Below are positions 19,700 to 30,000 of a stretch of DNA of 64,000 nt, piece after piece; position 1 is the first letter of the stretch; the number at the start of each line of letters is the position of its first letter. The DNA comes from Thermoanaerobaculia bacterium (GTDB lineage Bacteria; Acidobacteriota; Thermoanaerobaculia; Multivoradales; UBA5704). A model generated the notes under the pieces. That model saw only the letters and a list, made by a program, of their open reading frames with translations, searched no databases and was not told where the DNA came from. A program made the translations under genes and the position numbers. The stretch covers positions 1-64,000 of the forward strand of contig JBGAGQ010000019.1 of NCBI GenBank assembly GCA_044226625.1. Reading direction: 5' to 3'.

Positions 19700-22600
19700 A
19701 TGAAGACCGGACGATTCGCCATCGGCCTGTTTGCCGCCTGCTTTTTGTCATTTGTTTCGGGAGCGTTCGGGGTGGAAGGACCGCCCCAGAGCGCCATCAA
19801 ACCCACCGTTCGGGTGATGCAGGCGGTACGCACGGGGGTGACCCCGCGGGTTAGCGATCTCGTGCTCGAGATCCAGCACCCGAACCCGAAGGTCGTCCGG
19901 CAGGTCCCCTTCGTCGAGACGCCCGGCGAAGATGAGATGGGAGTGCGCAAACCGTTCGGCGATGCCACGCCGGACGAGGCGCTTCAGACCCACTACCCCA
20001 CGACCCGGGCGCTGACGCTCGGCGCCAATTTTCAGGGCGTGAGCCAGGCGACGCAGGGCGCGGTCTCCGGGTCGTTCGTCTCGCCGCCGGACACGGTGGG
20101 CGACGTCGGCCCCAACCACTACGTCCAGTGCGTGAACCTGGCCTGCCAAGTCTTCAATAAGAACGGCACGACCGCGAGCGCGGTGTTCACCTTGCGCGCG
20201 CTCTTCGTGGGCGCCGGCGGCACGGGCGATTGCTCGACGCTCAATGACGGCGATCCGATCGTCAACTACGATCCGCTCGCCGACCGCTGGGTGTTGAGCC
20301 AGTTCGCGGTCGGCAACCGCGCGGGCGCCGGCAAGGCCCACCAGTGCATGCTGGTCTCGCAGACGAACGATCCGACCGGCGCCTACTTTGCCTACGATCT
20401 GGTCGTTCCCGAGCCCTATTTCAACGACTATCCGAAAGTCGGAGTCTGGCCCGACGCCTATGTGATCACGGCGCCGCTTTTCGAAGGGCCGGTGTTCGGC
20501 CAGGGTATCTTCGCAATGAACCGGGCGAAGATGGTCGCCGGCGATCCGACCGCCGAAGCGGTCTTCCTCGATCTCACCGTCTCGCACCCCGGGCTCAGCC
20601 GCATCCTTCCCGCCGACGTGGACGGGGTGCCTCCGCCGGCCGGCGAGGGGAACGTCCTGATGGGTATCACGGCGAACGAGATGGGCGACCCGCAGGACGG
20701 CATCCGGATCCTCGAGCTCAAGCCGAACTTCACGAACCCGGCCGCGACGACCCTCACCGAGGTTTCGTTCTCGGGCGGCAGCCTCGCGGTCGCGAACTTC
20801 GACCCGACGTTCACCCAGGTCTCGGGCAACTGCGGCTTCGCCTTCACCAACCGCGACGACCTCGAGCAGCCCGCTCCGGCGAACTGCGGCATGCGTCTGG
20901 ACGCGCTTTCGGACCGGCCGCTCCACCGCTTGGCCTACCGGAACTTCGGCAGCTACGAGTCGTTCGTCTTCACCCACACGGTCGACGTCAACGCGACGGC
21001 CGCGAGCGCCACGAGCGGCCATCGCGCGGGCATCCGGTACTACGAGCTGCGCAGGAGCCTGCCGGGCGGCGCCTGGACGGTCCACGAGCAGGCGACCTTC
21101 TCGCCCGACGCCACCCATCGCTTCATGGGGAGCGCGGCGATCGACGGCAACGGCAATGTCGCGGTCGGCTATTCGGTCACCGACAGCGCGACCTTCCCGG
21201 GCGTCCGGGCGGCGGGTCGTCTAGCGACCGATCCCGCGGGCGGGCTGTTTCAGGGCGAGCTGACGCTCGCGGCGGGCGGCCGCTCGCAGACCAGCACCGG
21301 CTCTCGGTGGGGGGACTACAGCGCCCTTTCGGTCGATCCGGCAGACGAGTGCACCTTCTGGTTCACCCAGGAGTACTACGATCCGGTCGCGCCCCCTTCG
21401 TGTTCGGCCACGGCCTGCTGGACCACCCGAATCTCCAGCTTCACGATGCCGGGCTGCACCAACGCGGCTCCGGCGACCGGCATGCTGATGGGTACGGTGA
21501 CCGACGCCAACACCGCGACCGGCATCGTGGGAGCCCTGGTCCAGACCGCCAACGGCTACTCGGCGGTAACGGGCGTTGGGGGCGCCTATGTGATCAAGGT
21601 GCCGGCAGGGACCTATTCGGCCACGGCTTCGAAGCCCACCTACGGGCCGGAAAGCGCGACGGGCCTCGTCGTCACCGCCGGCGGGTCGACGGTGCAGGAT
21701 TTTGCCCTTTCGACCGGCATCCTGAGCGGCACCGTGACGGACTCCGCGACCACCAACGCCTTGGCGGGCGCCCTGGTCGAGCTTTCCAACGGCGCCTCCC
21801 AGCTCACCGACATGTCGGGCAACTACTCCTTCGCGGTGGAGCCGGGTAGCTACACGGTCAACTTCTCGCGGTCGGGTTACTTCCCGGAGAGCCAGAGCGG
21901 AGCGGTGGTCGGCACCTCGGGGGTGACCGACGTCGACGCGGCGCTCGATCCGACCCCGGGCCTCACCGTATCCTCGACCACCGCCGACGACTCGACCGGC
22001 AATGTCAACGGCATCGTCGACTACAACGAGTGCTTCTTCCTGAACGTCACCTTGACCAACGGCGGAACGGTCGCCGCGACGGGGATCAGCGCCGTGCTCA
22101 CCACGACGGAGCCCCAGGTGCAGATTCTCCAGGGCGCCTCGGCCTATCCGGACATCGCCGGCGGTGGTGGCATGGGAACCAACACCACGCAGTTCAAGGT
22201 GCGCACCACGCCAACCTATCCGGCGGGCAAGCCGATGAATCTGGTGCTCAACCTGACGACCGCGCAGGGACCGCTTTCGATTCCGTTCTCGATCGTCACG
22301 GCGGGCGGTGTTCCGACCTCCATGGCGGCGACCGGGCCGGTTGCGATCCCGGACAACGACGGCATCGGCGCCTCGATCACGATCCCGGTGGCCGGGTTCA
22401 GCCAGGTTCTGTCCAAGGTGGCGGTCCGCGTACGCATTACCCATACGTTCGACGGCGATCTGGTCCTCCGACTGCGCGGCCCGGACAACACGGTCGTCCT
22501 CCTTTCCTACCAGTTGGGCGCCAACGGCGCGGGCTTCGGCACCGACTGCCCGGCCGATGGCAACGACACGACCTTCGACGACGAGGCGGCGACCTCGATC

Positions 22601-23506
22601 CTCACCGCCACCGCGCCGTTCGCCGGGTCGTTCCGCCCCCAGAATCCGCTCTCGGCCTTCGCGGGCAAATCCGGTGCGCAGGTTAACGGTAACTGGACCT
22701 TCGAGGCGGCCGATCTCGGCGCGGTCGACATCGGCAACATCGAATGCGTCACCCTGTTGTTGAACGGCGCCGCCGCCGGCCCGGGCTGTAACGCCCTGCC
22801 TTCGGCGATTCCGGGAGGACCGTATTCGGCGAACGAAGGCGGCACGACGGCTTTGTCCGGGAGCGGATCGGACCTCGACGGTCAGCCGGTTACCTTCACC
22901 TGGGACCTCGACGGAGACGCGATCTTCGGAGAAACCGGGGCCGGCGCCACCCGCGGTGATGAGACCGGTCCTTCGCCGACCTTCTCGGCGGCCGGGCTCG
23001 ACGGCCCGTCGGCCTTCATGGTCACGCTTCGGACGTCCGACGGCATCGGCTCGACCGACGCGCCGGTGTCGATCGCGATCCAGAACGTCAACCCGACGGT
23101 CGTGGCGGGCGGGCCGTACACCGTTTCGCTCAACGGCACGGTCGGCTTGCTCGCGGTCGGCAGCGACGCGGGCGGCTCCGGCGATCCGCTCACCTACAGC
23201 TGGGACCTCGACGGGGACGCGATCTTCGGCGAGACCGGCGGTGCGGCGACCCGAGGTGATGAGGTCGGCGCCAATCCGACCTTCAACGCGACCGGGCTTG
23301 CCGCGGGTGCGGTGGTGCCGGTGAGCGTCCAGGTGGCCGACGGCGACGGTGGTACCGCGACAGCCAACGGTACGGTGACGGTGCGCGGCGGGGCGGTGAT
23401 CGACATCCCGACGCTGTCGGGAGTCGGCGTCGCACTCCTGGCGATCGCCCTCGCGGCCGTCGCCGTGATGCTCGCCCGCAGGCGCCGGAGCTCGCTGATC
23501 GGCTGA
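19700..23506 (+). CDS. Large secreted/surface protein: carboxypeptidase-regulatory-like repeats, proprotein-convertase P domain, two PKD-like repeats, IPTL-CTERM anchor
   Basis: Signal peptide; PPD..GDVGPNH, RWGDYS; ITHTFDGDL...GNWTF P-domain; two WDLDGD repeats; C-terminal IPTLSGVG-TM-RRRR. Confidence 0.8.
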   Translation: MKTGRFAIGLFAACFLSFVSGAFGVEGPPQSAIKPTVRVMQAVRTGVTPRVSDLVLEIQHPNPKVVRQVPFVETPGEDEMGVRKPFGDATPDEALQTHYPTTRALTLGANFQGVSQATQGAVSGSFVSPPDTVGDVGPNHYVQCVNLACQVFNKNGTTASAVFTLRALFVGAGGTGDCSTLNDGDPIVNYDPLADRWVLSQFAVGNRAGAGKAHQCMLVSQTNDPTGAYFAYDLVVPEPYFNDYPKVGVWPDAYVITAPLFEGPVFGQGIFAMNRAKMVAGDPTAEAVFLDLTVSHPGLSRILPADVDGVPPPAGEGNVLMGITANEMGDPQDGIRILELKPNFTNPAATTLTEVSFSGGSLAVANFDPTFTQVSGNCGFAFTNRDDLEQPAPANCGMRLDALSDRPLHRLAYRNFGSYESFVFTHTVDVNATAASATSGHRAGIRYYELRRSLPGGAWTVHEQATFSPDATHRFMGSAAIDGNGNVAVGYSVTDSATFPGVRAAGRLATDPAGGLFQGELTLAAGGRSQTSTGSRWGDYSALSVDPADECTFWFTQEYYDPVAPPSCSATACWTTRISSFTMPGCTNAAPATGMLMGTVTDANTATGIVGALVQTANGYSAVTGVGGAYVIKVPAGTYSATASKPTYGPESATGLVVTAGGSTVQDFALSTGILSGTVTDSATTNALAGALVELSNGASQLTDMSGNYSFAVEPGSYTVNFSRSGYFPESQSGAVVGTSGVTDVDAALDPTPGLTVSSTTADDSTGNVNGIVDYNECFFLNVTLTNGGTVAATGISAVLTTTEPQVQILQGASAYPDIAGGGGMGTNTTQFKVRTTPTYPAGKPMNLVLNLTTAQGPLSIPFSIVTAGGVPTSMAATGPVAIPDNDGIGASITIPVAGFSQVLSKVAVRVRITHTFDGDLVLRLRGPDNTVVLLSYQLGANGAGFGTDCPADGNDTTFDDEAATSILTATAPFAGSFRPQNPLSAFAGKSGAQVNGNWTFEAADLGAVDIGNIECVTLLLNGAAAGPGCNALPSAIPGGPYSANEGGTTALSGSGSDLDGQPVTFTWDLDGDAIFGETGAGATRGDETGPSPTFSAAGLDGPSAFMVTLRTSDGIGSTDAPVSIAIQNVNPTVVAGGPYTVSLNGTVGLLAVGSDAGGSGDPLTYSWDLDGDAIFGETGGAATRGDEVGANPTFNATGLAAGAVVPVSVQVADGDGGTATANGTVTVRGGAVIDIPTLSGVGVALLAIALAAVAVMLARRRRSSLIG
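22901..23300 (+). repeat. Intragenic duplicated PKD-like module with a 300-bp period
   Basis: TGGGACCTCGACGG.GACGCGATCTTCGG.GA.ACCGG at 22901 and 23201; WDLDGDAIFGETG..ATRGDE.G..PTF.A.GL twice. Confidence 0.85.
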
Positions 23507-23539
23507 GCGGGCTAGAAGGACAGCCGTAGAAGCTCGAAG

Positions 23540-23580
23540 CCCCCGGGCGGACCAGCGGTCCACCCGGGGGTTTTCCTTTT
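23540..23580 (+). terminator. Rho-independent terminator
   Basis: CCCCCGGGCGGACC-agc-GGTCCACCCGGGGG followed by TTTTCCTTTT; lies between convergent genes. Confidence 0.8.
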
Positions 23581-23591
23581 TATGGAGGCTC

Positions 23592-24995
23592 CTAGTTCCG
23601 TACGAACAGGGCTTCGCGGACGAGGGCGCGGCGCATTTCGTCCAAGCCGCCGAACCCGAGCTCGCGCGCCGCGCGTTCGAGCGCGTCCGGCCCGTCGGGG
23701 ACGGGACGTCCGAGGCGCGCTTCGAAATACCACCGCCAAAGCTCGTCCAGCGACAGACCGGTGTCACGAAGCTCGGGACGGGATAGGCCTTTGGCGGCGA
23801 GCGCCGCCGTCTTCGCCTCGGCGCGTGCGGCGAGTGGGGCGTAGGCATCTCGGAGTCGGAGGTCGTCGCGCAACGCCCCCTCGATCAGCGGCTCGATCCG
23901 CGCCAGCGCCCGCTCGATCCGTGCCTCGTCCACAGCGATCCGGGTGAGCCCCGGAACGTCCAGGCGCTGTTCGAAGAGGAACGCGGCGAGGGCGTCGTCG
24001 TCGGCGAGACCACGCCGCTGCCGGAATCGGTCCACCGCCCGCTCGCGCGCCGGGGCGTCGAGGTGCAGACCGCCGTAATCGGCGAGAACGAGCCCGAGCA
24101 CGCGGGTCAAAGCGGCGGCGCGGGCCTGAGCGTAGCGGGATTCGGCCGCGGGAGGCGACTCGCCGTTCGCCTCTGCGAAAGCGCCGAGCCGCAGCTCGTC
24201 CAAGGGATCGACCGCGGCCTCTTCGCCCGCCGCGGTCGCCGCGCGGGCCTCGGCGGCGACCCTCCCGGACTCCCACGCCTCCGTGCGCTGAAAGGTGAAC
24301 GTCGCGACGAACGGCCCCGGATGCTCGGCTCGGGTCTCGACCATCCGGCGAAGCATGGCGAGCGCGTCGAGCTTCTTCTGATCGATCCGGCCGCCGGGCA
24401 GCCAGGCTTCGAGCGCGTTGAGCTCGGTCGCCGACAGGTCGGCGCGGCGCGCTCTTTCGAGGATCAGCGGCAGACCGCGCTCCGGATAGCGCAACGCCTT
24501 GGCGAGGACGATCAGCTCGCTTCGAGTCGTTTCGCCGATCACGCCGGCCGCCCCGGCCGCGGCGAACGTCGCCCGCAGGTTCACCATCGCTTCCGAGCCC
24601 TTCGCGTAGCCGGTCGAGCCAGGACCGTGAAACACGGTGACCTCGTCGTCGTCCGAGAGCTCGCCGGCCTGAAACGACCGGTAGATCTCGCCCACACCCC
24701 GCATGCCGAAAGGCTCGCACTCGACGGCGCGTAACGCGCCGAGACTCGCGGCGCCGAAGACGTGGATTCCCTGCTCGAGCGCCCAGAGGATCTCCTTGTG
24801 CCAGACCGAGGCGAGCCGGTCGAAATAGCCATCGACGATCCCGAGTCCCCAGGGCCCCTCCCGAGCGGCCAGGTAGAGATCCCCTTGCGCCACCGGAGGC
24901 AACCAGGTGACGGGGGAGAGCTCAGGGACTTCCCGCCGCCCTTCCTCCTCGGAAAGCGTCGGGCCGGAAAAGACGACGATTCGCCCCGCGCTCAT
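23592..24995 (-). CDS. tfuA: TfuA-like protein with an extended C-terminal helical domain
   Basis: VVFSGPTL, PPVAQGDL, GIVDGYF, VWHKEIL, GAASLGALRAVE, GMRGVG, DDDEV, SEAMVNLR, DQKKLDA. Confidence 0.92.
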   Translation of the reverse strand: MSAGRIVVFSGPTLSEEEGRREVPELSPVTWLPPVAQGDLYLAAREGPWGLGIVDGYFDRLASVWHKEILWALEQGIHVFGAASLGALRAVECEPFGMRGVGEIYRSFQAGELSDDDEVTVFHGPGSTGYAKGSEAMVNLRATFAAAGAAGVIGETTRSELIVLAKALRYPERGLPLILERARRADLSATELNALEAWLPGGRIDQKKLDALAMLRRMVETRAEHPGPFVATFTFQRTEAWESGRVAAEARAATAAGEEAAVDPLDELRLGAFAEANGESPPAAESRYAQARAAALTRVLGLVLADYGGLHLDAPARERAVDRFRQRRGLADDDALAAFLFEQRLDVPGLTRIAVDEARIERALARIEPLIEGALRDDLRLRDAYAPLAARAEAKTAALAAKGLSRPELRDTGLSLDELWRWYFEARLGRPVPDGPDALERAARELGFGGLDEMRRALVREALFVRN

Positions 24996-26236
24996 CGCCC
25001 GGCCGCCTCGGCGAGCGCCGCCTGGGCTCGGGACCCAGGAATCCAGCCGGGGATCTCGCGTGAGGTCTCGAGGCCGGGAGCGATCACCCGGTGCACCGGC
25101 AGGCCGAGAACCGGATGGGTGAGGTCGACGTCGATGACCTCCGAGAATCCGGCCGACGCGAGGCGCGAGAGGATCGAGGAGAGGTCCTCGTCGAAGGTGT
25201 CCGCGGCGAAGTCCGGCGCGGCCCGAAAGTCGCCTCTCGGTCGAGAGTCGAGAACGCCGCGCCGGAGACTCTCAATCGCGTCGGGATCCCGCCACGACTC
25301 GTACCTCTTGAGCGGCATGTCGTCGCGCGCGCCGGCGATCGTCGTGAGCCGGCTCTGGGCCGCCTCGGTCAACGCGCGGAGGAGCGCCACCCCTCGGCTC
25401 GGATGGCAGCCCATACCGCCTCCCGCGCCGCGAACCTGGAAAGGATCTGCCTCGGCGTCGAGCACGAGGGACCGAAAGGCGGCGACGCCGACGTCCGAGG
25501 TGATGTCCCAGACGGCGACGGCGACGCCCGCCTGGGCATAGAGATCGAGCACCTCGCGGCAGAGGGGATCGTCGACCGTCGCGAGGTCAACCCGCGAAGG
25601 CCCGTCCCAGTCGTCGCCATGGCGCAGCTCGGAGAGCGTATTGGCGTCCCGCTCGATCACCTCGCACAGGCCATGGCCGATCGCCTCCAGCTCGTGGTTG
25701 CCGGAGGCGAGGCCGTTCGAAGAAAACGCGAAGCAGCCGCTGCCCGGCGGCATCGGCCGCGTCGTGTCCATGTGGACCAGCTCGTACGGAACCCACACGG
25801 GCTCCCGAGTGGGCAGGTCGATCCCATCGATCCAGAGCATCTTGAGCTCCGGATGAAAGGGGGTCGCGGCGCAGCGCGGCAAGCCGTCGAGCCGGGCCAC
25901 CCGATGGCTGAAGCGGAGTTGGTTGTACGTCGCGAGGCGAACCGGCCGCTCGATTCTCTCGGCGTGCCAGAGCTCGATCGCTTCCATCAGACCGGAGGCC
26001 CGGGCCGATTCGAGATCGAGGCCCTTGCCTTGCGACACCGCGAGCGAGCGGGAGTTCGGGCGGCAGACCATGACGACCGGCAGCCCGATCACGTCGAGGC
26101 CGGTGACGTTCGCCACCCGGGTGATGCCGAAGATGGGAGCGAGGCGGCTCGCCCGCTCGACCGTTTCGCGCGGATCAGTCGACCGGTGCGTTCCCCGCCG
26201 GTAGGTCTTGAGGATCGAGCCGGGCTCCCCGTTCAC
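24992..26236 (-). CDS. ycaO: YcaO-family ATP-dependent enzyme, TfuA-associated (thioamide-forming type)
   Basis: GITRVANVTGLD, SQGKG...MEAIE, SSNGLASG, EVIERD, TEAAQSR, VIAPGLE; no PxPxP C-terminus; ATGA overlap with tfuA. Confidence 0.92.
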   Translation of the reverse strand: MNGEPGSILKTYRRGTHRSTDPRETVERASRLAPIFGITRVANVTGLDVIGLPVVMVCRPNSRSLAVSQGKGLDLESARASGLMEAIELWHAERIERPVRLATYNQLRFSHRVARLDGLPRCAATPFHPELKMLWIDGIDLPTREPVWVPYELVHMDTTRPMPPGSGCFAFSSNGLASGNHELEAIGHGLCEVIERDANTLSELRHGDDWDGPSRVDLATVDDPLCREVLDLYAQAGVAVAVWDITSDVGVAAFRSLVLDAEADPFQVRGAGGGMGCHPSRGVALLRALTEAAQSRLTTIAGARDDMPLKRYESWRDPDAIESLRRGVLDSRPRGDFRAAPDFAADTFDEDLSSILSRLASAGFSEVIDVDLTHPVLGLPVHRVIAPGLETSREIPGWIPGSRAQAALAEAAGR

Positions 26237-26289
26237 GGAGTCCCGAGTTTAACGGATCGTCCGACTTCGACCGCGGTCCGAACCGAGTC

Positions 26290-26505
26290 CTAGGGGAGCT
26301 TGGCCATGATGATCGCGGCCACCGCGCCGCCGCAGCCGAGCTTGTTCGCGGTGTTCGGATCGACAGGAGCGACCGGGTTGTCGCCGGCCGCCGCCTTCTG
26401 CTGGTCGACGAACGCGTCGTTCTTGTCGAGCGAAGTGATCGTGCCGGCGGAGTCGACGCAGTAGAGCGCCCCAGAGTCGCTGATAAGGATCACACAGTTG
26501 GCCAT
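26290..26505 (-). CDS. Small protein B (71 aa), candidate YcaO/TfuA substrate or RiPP precursor
   Basis: GGGAGGAG RBS before ATG 26505; paralogous to 26584-26850; directly upstream of ycaO. Confidence 0.7.
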   Translation of the reverse strand: MANCVILISDSGALYCVDSAGTITSLDKNDAFVDQQKAAAGDNPVAPVDPNTANKLGCGGAVAAIIMAKLP

Positions 26506-26583
26506 CTTTGGACTCCTCCCAAAAAGCAAAACGAAGACGAGCGCCGCCCGGACCCTTTGGATCCCAACGGCGCCCGAGAGGGC

Positions 26584-26850
26584 TCAATACTTCGACGAAC
26601 CGCCGCCGTCTCCGATCAGGGAGAGGTTGACGAACGTTCCCATGATGATCGCCGCGACCTCGCCGCTGCCGGCCGATTTCTGCTCGACCGCGGGATCGAG
26701 CTCCGCGATCAGAACCCCTTCGGCGGCCTTCTGCCTCGCGGCGACGGCGGTCGGATCGTCCGGCTTGAGCTCCACGGACTGACTGGGGTCGCCCAACGTG
26801 ACGTGGTAGACCTTTCCGGTTTCGCTGACGATGACGAGATTGCTGGCCAT
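26584..26850 (-). CDS. Small protein A (88 aa), candidate YcaO/TfuA substrate or RiPP precursor
   Basis: GGAGGAG RBS; shares the N-terminal V.IS..G..Y.V, QKAA.G, DP and VAAIIM motifs with protein B. Confidence 0.7.
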   Translation of the reverse strand: MASNLVIVSETGKVYHVTLGDPSQSVELKPDDPTAVAARQKAAEGVLIAELDPAVEQKSAGSGEVAAIIMGTFVNLSLIGDGGGSSKY

Positions 26851-26907
26851 CTCTCAAACTCCTCCGAGTCGCATAGCGCTGGAAATCTTGGTGATAGTGC
26901 ACCTACC

Positions 26908-26965
26908 ACGGTAACACAGGCGCGAAGGGGCCTCAAGCTCAATGCTATCAATGCTTTCAACGCCA
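26908..26965 (-). promoter_or_regulatory. Putative sigma70 promoter of the small-protein-ycaO-tfuA operon with adjacent 9-bp direct repeats
   Basis: Minus strand TTGAGG-17-TACCGT with an extended TG; plus-strand repeats TCAATGCTA TCAATGCTT TCAACGCCA at 26939-26965. Confidence 0.5.
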
Positions 26966-27012
26966 TTTTGCTATGGAGGCATGACCCTCCTCTCGCGCGA
27001 GGAGGACCGCCT

Positions 27013-30000
27013 TCAAGCCCGCATTTCGAGCCGCGCCAAGCCGCTTTCGGCGCGCGCTGCGAGCCCTGGCGCCCCTTGGGCGCGGGCGACCTCGAGCGCC
27101 TCGCGGTAGAGCCATCCGGCCCGTTGCGGCTCGCTCTGGGCCAGCTCCGCCTCGAGGCAGAGGAGGTGGGCGCGCCAGAAGAAACGCGGCCCCAAAATCT
27201 CGGCGAGCGCTCGCGCCTCCGAGAACGCCTGGAGCGCCTCGTCTCGCCTCCCGAGGTGGACGTATGCGTCGATCAGGAGCGAAAGGAAATAGATCTCCGA
27301 CAGGCGGGCGCCGGAGATCCGGTACGCCGCGAGACCGTCGAGCATGCGGCGCATCCCTTCTTCCGCGTGCTCGGGCTCGCCGCTCTTGACCAGGGCCCAA
27401 CCGAGCTGAAGATTGCCGAGCCCGACCGAGTTGGTAAATCCCTTCTCGGTCGCGAGAGCGAGTAGCTCCCCGGCGAGCACCGCGACCTGCGCCGGCTCAT
27501 TGCACAGCTGGTGGACCCAGCCGGCCGAGGAGAGCGCGTCGGCGAGGCTGAACGGGTGGCCGATGACGTCGCGCGCCACCCGGATCGCCGAAGTGCAACG
27601 TTCGACCGCCTCCTCCGGCCGTCCGAGGTGCCAGAGGGCGACGCCCGAGATCGCAAGCGTGGTCACGGCGACGTCGAGCCCGGTGATGAAGGTCGGCGTG
27701 CGATCGCGGGCAGGGGAGTCGAGCGCAAGGCCGGCTTCGAACTCGGCGAGCGCCGCGGCGAACTCGCCCAGGAACAGCTGGGGCATGCCGGCGCAGAGGT
27801 GCGACTCGAATTGCAGCGCGCGGTCTTTGCGCCCGAGCGCGATCTCGTTCATCCGCCGGGCGAACTCGAGCGCCGTCTCGAAGGAACAGCGGACGAGATG
27901 GAAGGCCCAGAGGCCGCGCAGGACCCAGAACAACTGGGGCGCGTCGCCGACCTGGGTGCAGAGCACTCGGGCGCGGTCATAGTTCGCCTCGACCTCCGGC
28001 GCGGCGTAGCCGCGGGTGGCGATCAGCGCCGGTCCGAGCATCGTGCGCAGGTCCAGCTCCGAACGGTCGCGTGCCGGGCCGAGAGCGACCGCCTCGCACA
28101 GTCGGAGGGCCCGCTCGAGGTGAGCGATCGCCTCGAGGTTCGCGGAACGCTCGGCCGCCTTGCGTCCGGCCGAAAGCCAATAGGTGATCGCGCGTTCGGC
28201 GAGCCCCGCCTCCGTCCAATGTTGGGCGACCAGCTCGGGGCGGGTTTCGGCGACGTCCGGGAAACGCTCTTCGATCGCCCGCGCGATGCGCGAGTGGTAC
28301 TGCTGCCGCGTGCTCTTGAGCAGCGACTCGTATGCGGCGTCCTGGATCAACGCGTGGCGGAAGGAATAGGTGATCGCGCCGGCCACGCCACGCTTGTAGA
28401 GGATCTCGGCGTCGACCAATTGATCGAGCCCGCGCCGCAGCTCGGCGTCCGGCTGGCTCGAAACCGCGCGCATCATGTCGAAGCTGAACTCCCGGCCGAT
28501 CGCCGCGGCGAGCTGGACCAGCTCGCGCACCGACGCCAGCCGGTCGAGGCGGGCCATCAGCGAATCGTGGAGCGTCGCCGGAATCGCGAGCGGCGGCAGC
28601 GGCCCGTCGAGCTCGTACCGGCCGTCGATCGGGTGGAGGAGACCCGACTCGATGACCATCCGTGTGAGCTCCTCGACGAACAGGGGCACGCCGTCGGTCT
28701 TCGCGATCAGTTGGCGCAACACCTCCTGCGGCAGCGGGCGCCCCTCGGTCCTCTCGAGGATCAGCTCCTCGATCTCCTCGTCACTCAGCCGATCGAGCGT
28801 GATCTGGCTCGCGTAGGCGCGACCCGCCCAGGGGAGCGCCATGTCGGGCCGCAGCGTGAGCAGAATCAACAGGCGGGTGGTCGGCGCTTGGCTCACCAGC
28901 ATGCCGAGGAGCTCGAGCGTCGACGGGTCGACCCAATGGAGGTCCTCGAGGAAGAAGATGACCGGACCCTTGTCGGCCATCGCGAGGACGAGCGAGACGA
29001 GGGTCTCGAGCGTCCTCTCCTTCTGCCGTTGCGGGGACAGGTCGAGCGGCGGAAAGCGATCGGCGATCGGCAGGCCGATCATCGAGGCGATCAGCGGCAC
29101 CTCTTCGCCGACCAGCCCGAACGGCCGAAGCCCCTTCTCCAGACGGACGATCGAGGCGTCGATGGTCTCGTCGCCCCGGATCCCGAACAGGCCCTGGAGG
29201 AGCTCGACGATCGGCGCGAGCGCGCTATGGGTCTGGAACGGCGAGCAACGGCCATCGAGCCAGGAGCTGATTCGGCCGTTCGCCTGATCGCGGAGGTGCT
29301 GCACCAGCCGGGATTTGCCGATACCCGCCTCGCCCACGACGGCGACCACCTGCCCGCGCCCCTCGCAGGCGCGGTCCAGGCAGCGGGCGAGCGCCTCGGC
29401 GTCCCCGCGGCGTCCCACGAGCGGCCGGAGTCCCTTGTCGCGCTCGGCCTCGAACGGGCTCACGAATCCGCGCCAAGCGAGCACCCGGAAGACCTCGATC
29501 GGCTTGGCGATCCCCTTGAGCTCGTGCGGTCCGAGCGACTGGCAGTCGAACAGGCCGCGCAACAGAGGGTAGGTCTTGCCGCTGATCGCCACCGTCCCCG
29601 GCTCGGCGATCGCCTGGATTCGCGCGGCGATGTTGGAGACCTGCCCGACGACCAGGGTCTCGCGGGTGTCGACCATCGCCGTCGCGATCCCGCGCCCGGT
29701 GTGGATGCCCACCCTCACTTGGAGCCCGACGCCGTGCCGGGCTTCGACCTGCGCGCTCAACGCGGCGACCGCCGGGATGATGTCGAGGCCCGCACGCGCC
29801 GCCCGCTGGGGATCCTGCTCGAGCGCGGCGGGGTAGCCGAAATAGGCCATCAGCCCATCGCCGAGCAGCTGGGCGACATGGCCGCCGTACCGCTCGACCG
29901 CCTCGGCGCAGGCCCGCTGATAGCTCTGCACCACGTCGCGCAACTCTTCCGGATCGAGCCGGTCGGCGAGCGCCACCGAGCCCACCAGGTCGCAGAACAG

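Noticed and set aside
24992-26236. Azole/azoline (TOMM) RiPP cyclodehydratase
   Set aside because: No E1/ThiF partner or dehydrogenase, no PxP C-terminus, and an adjacent TfuA indicates the thioamide type
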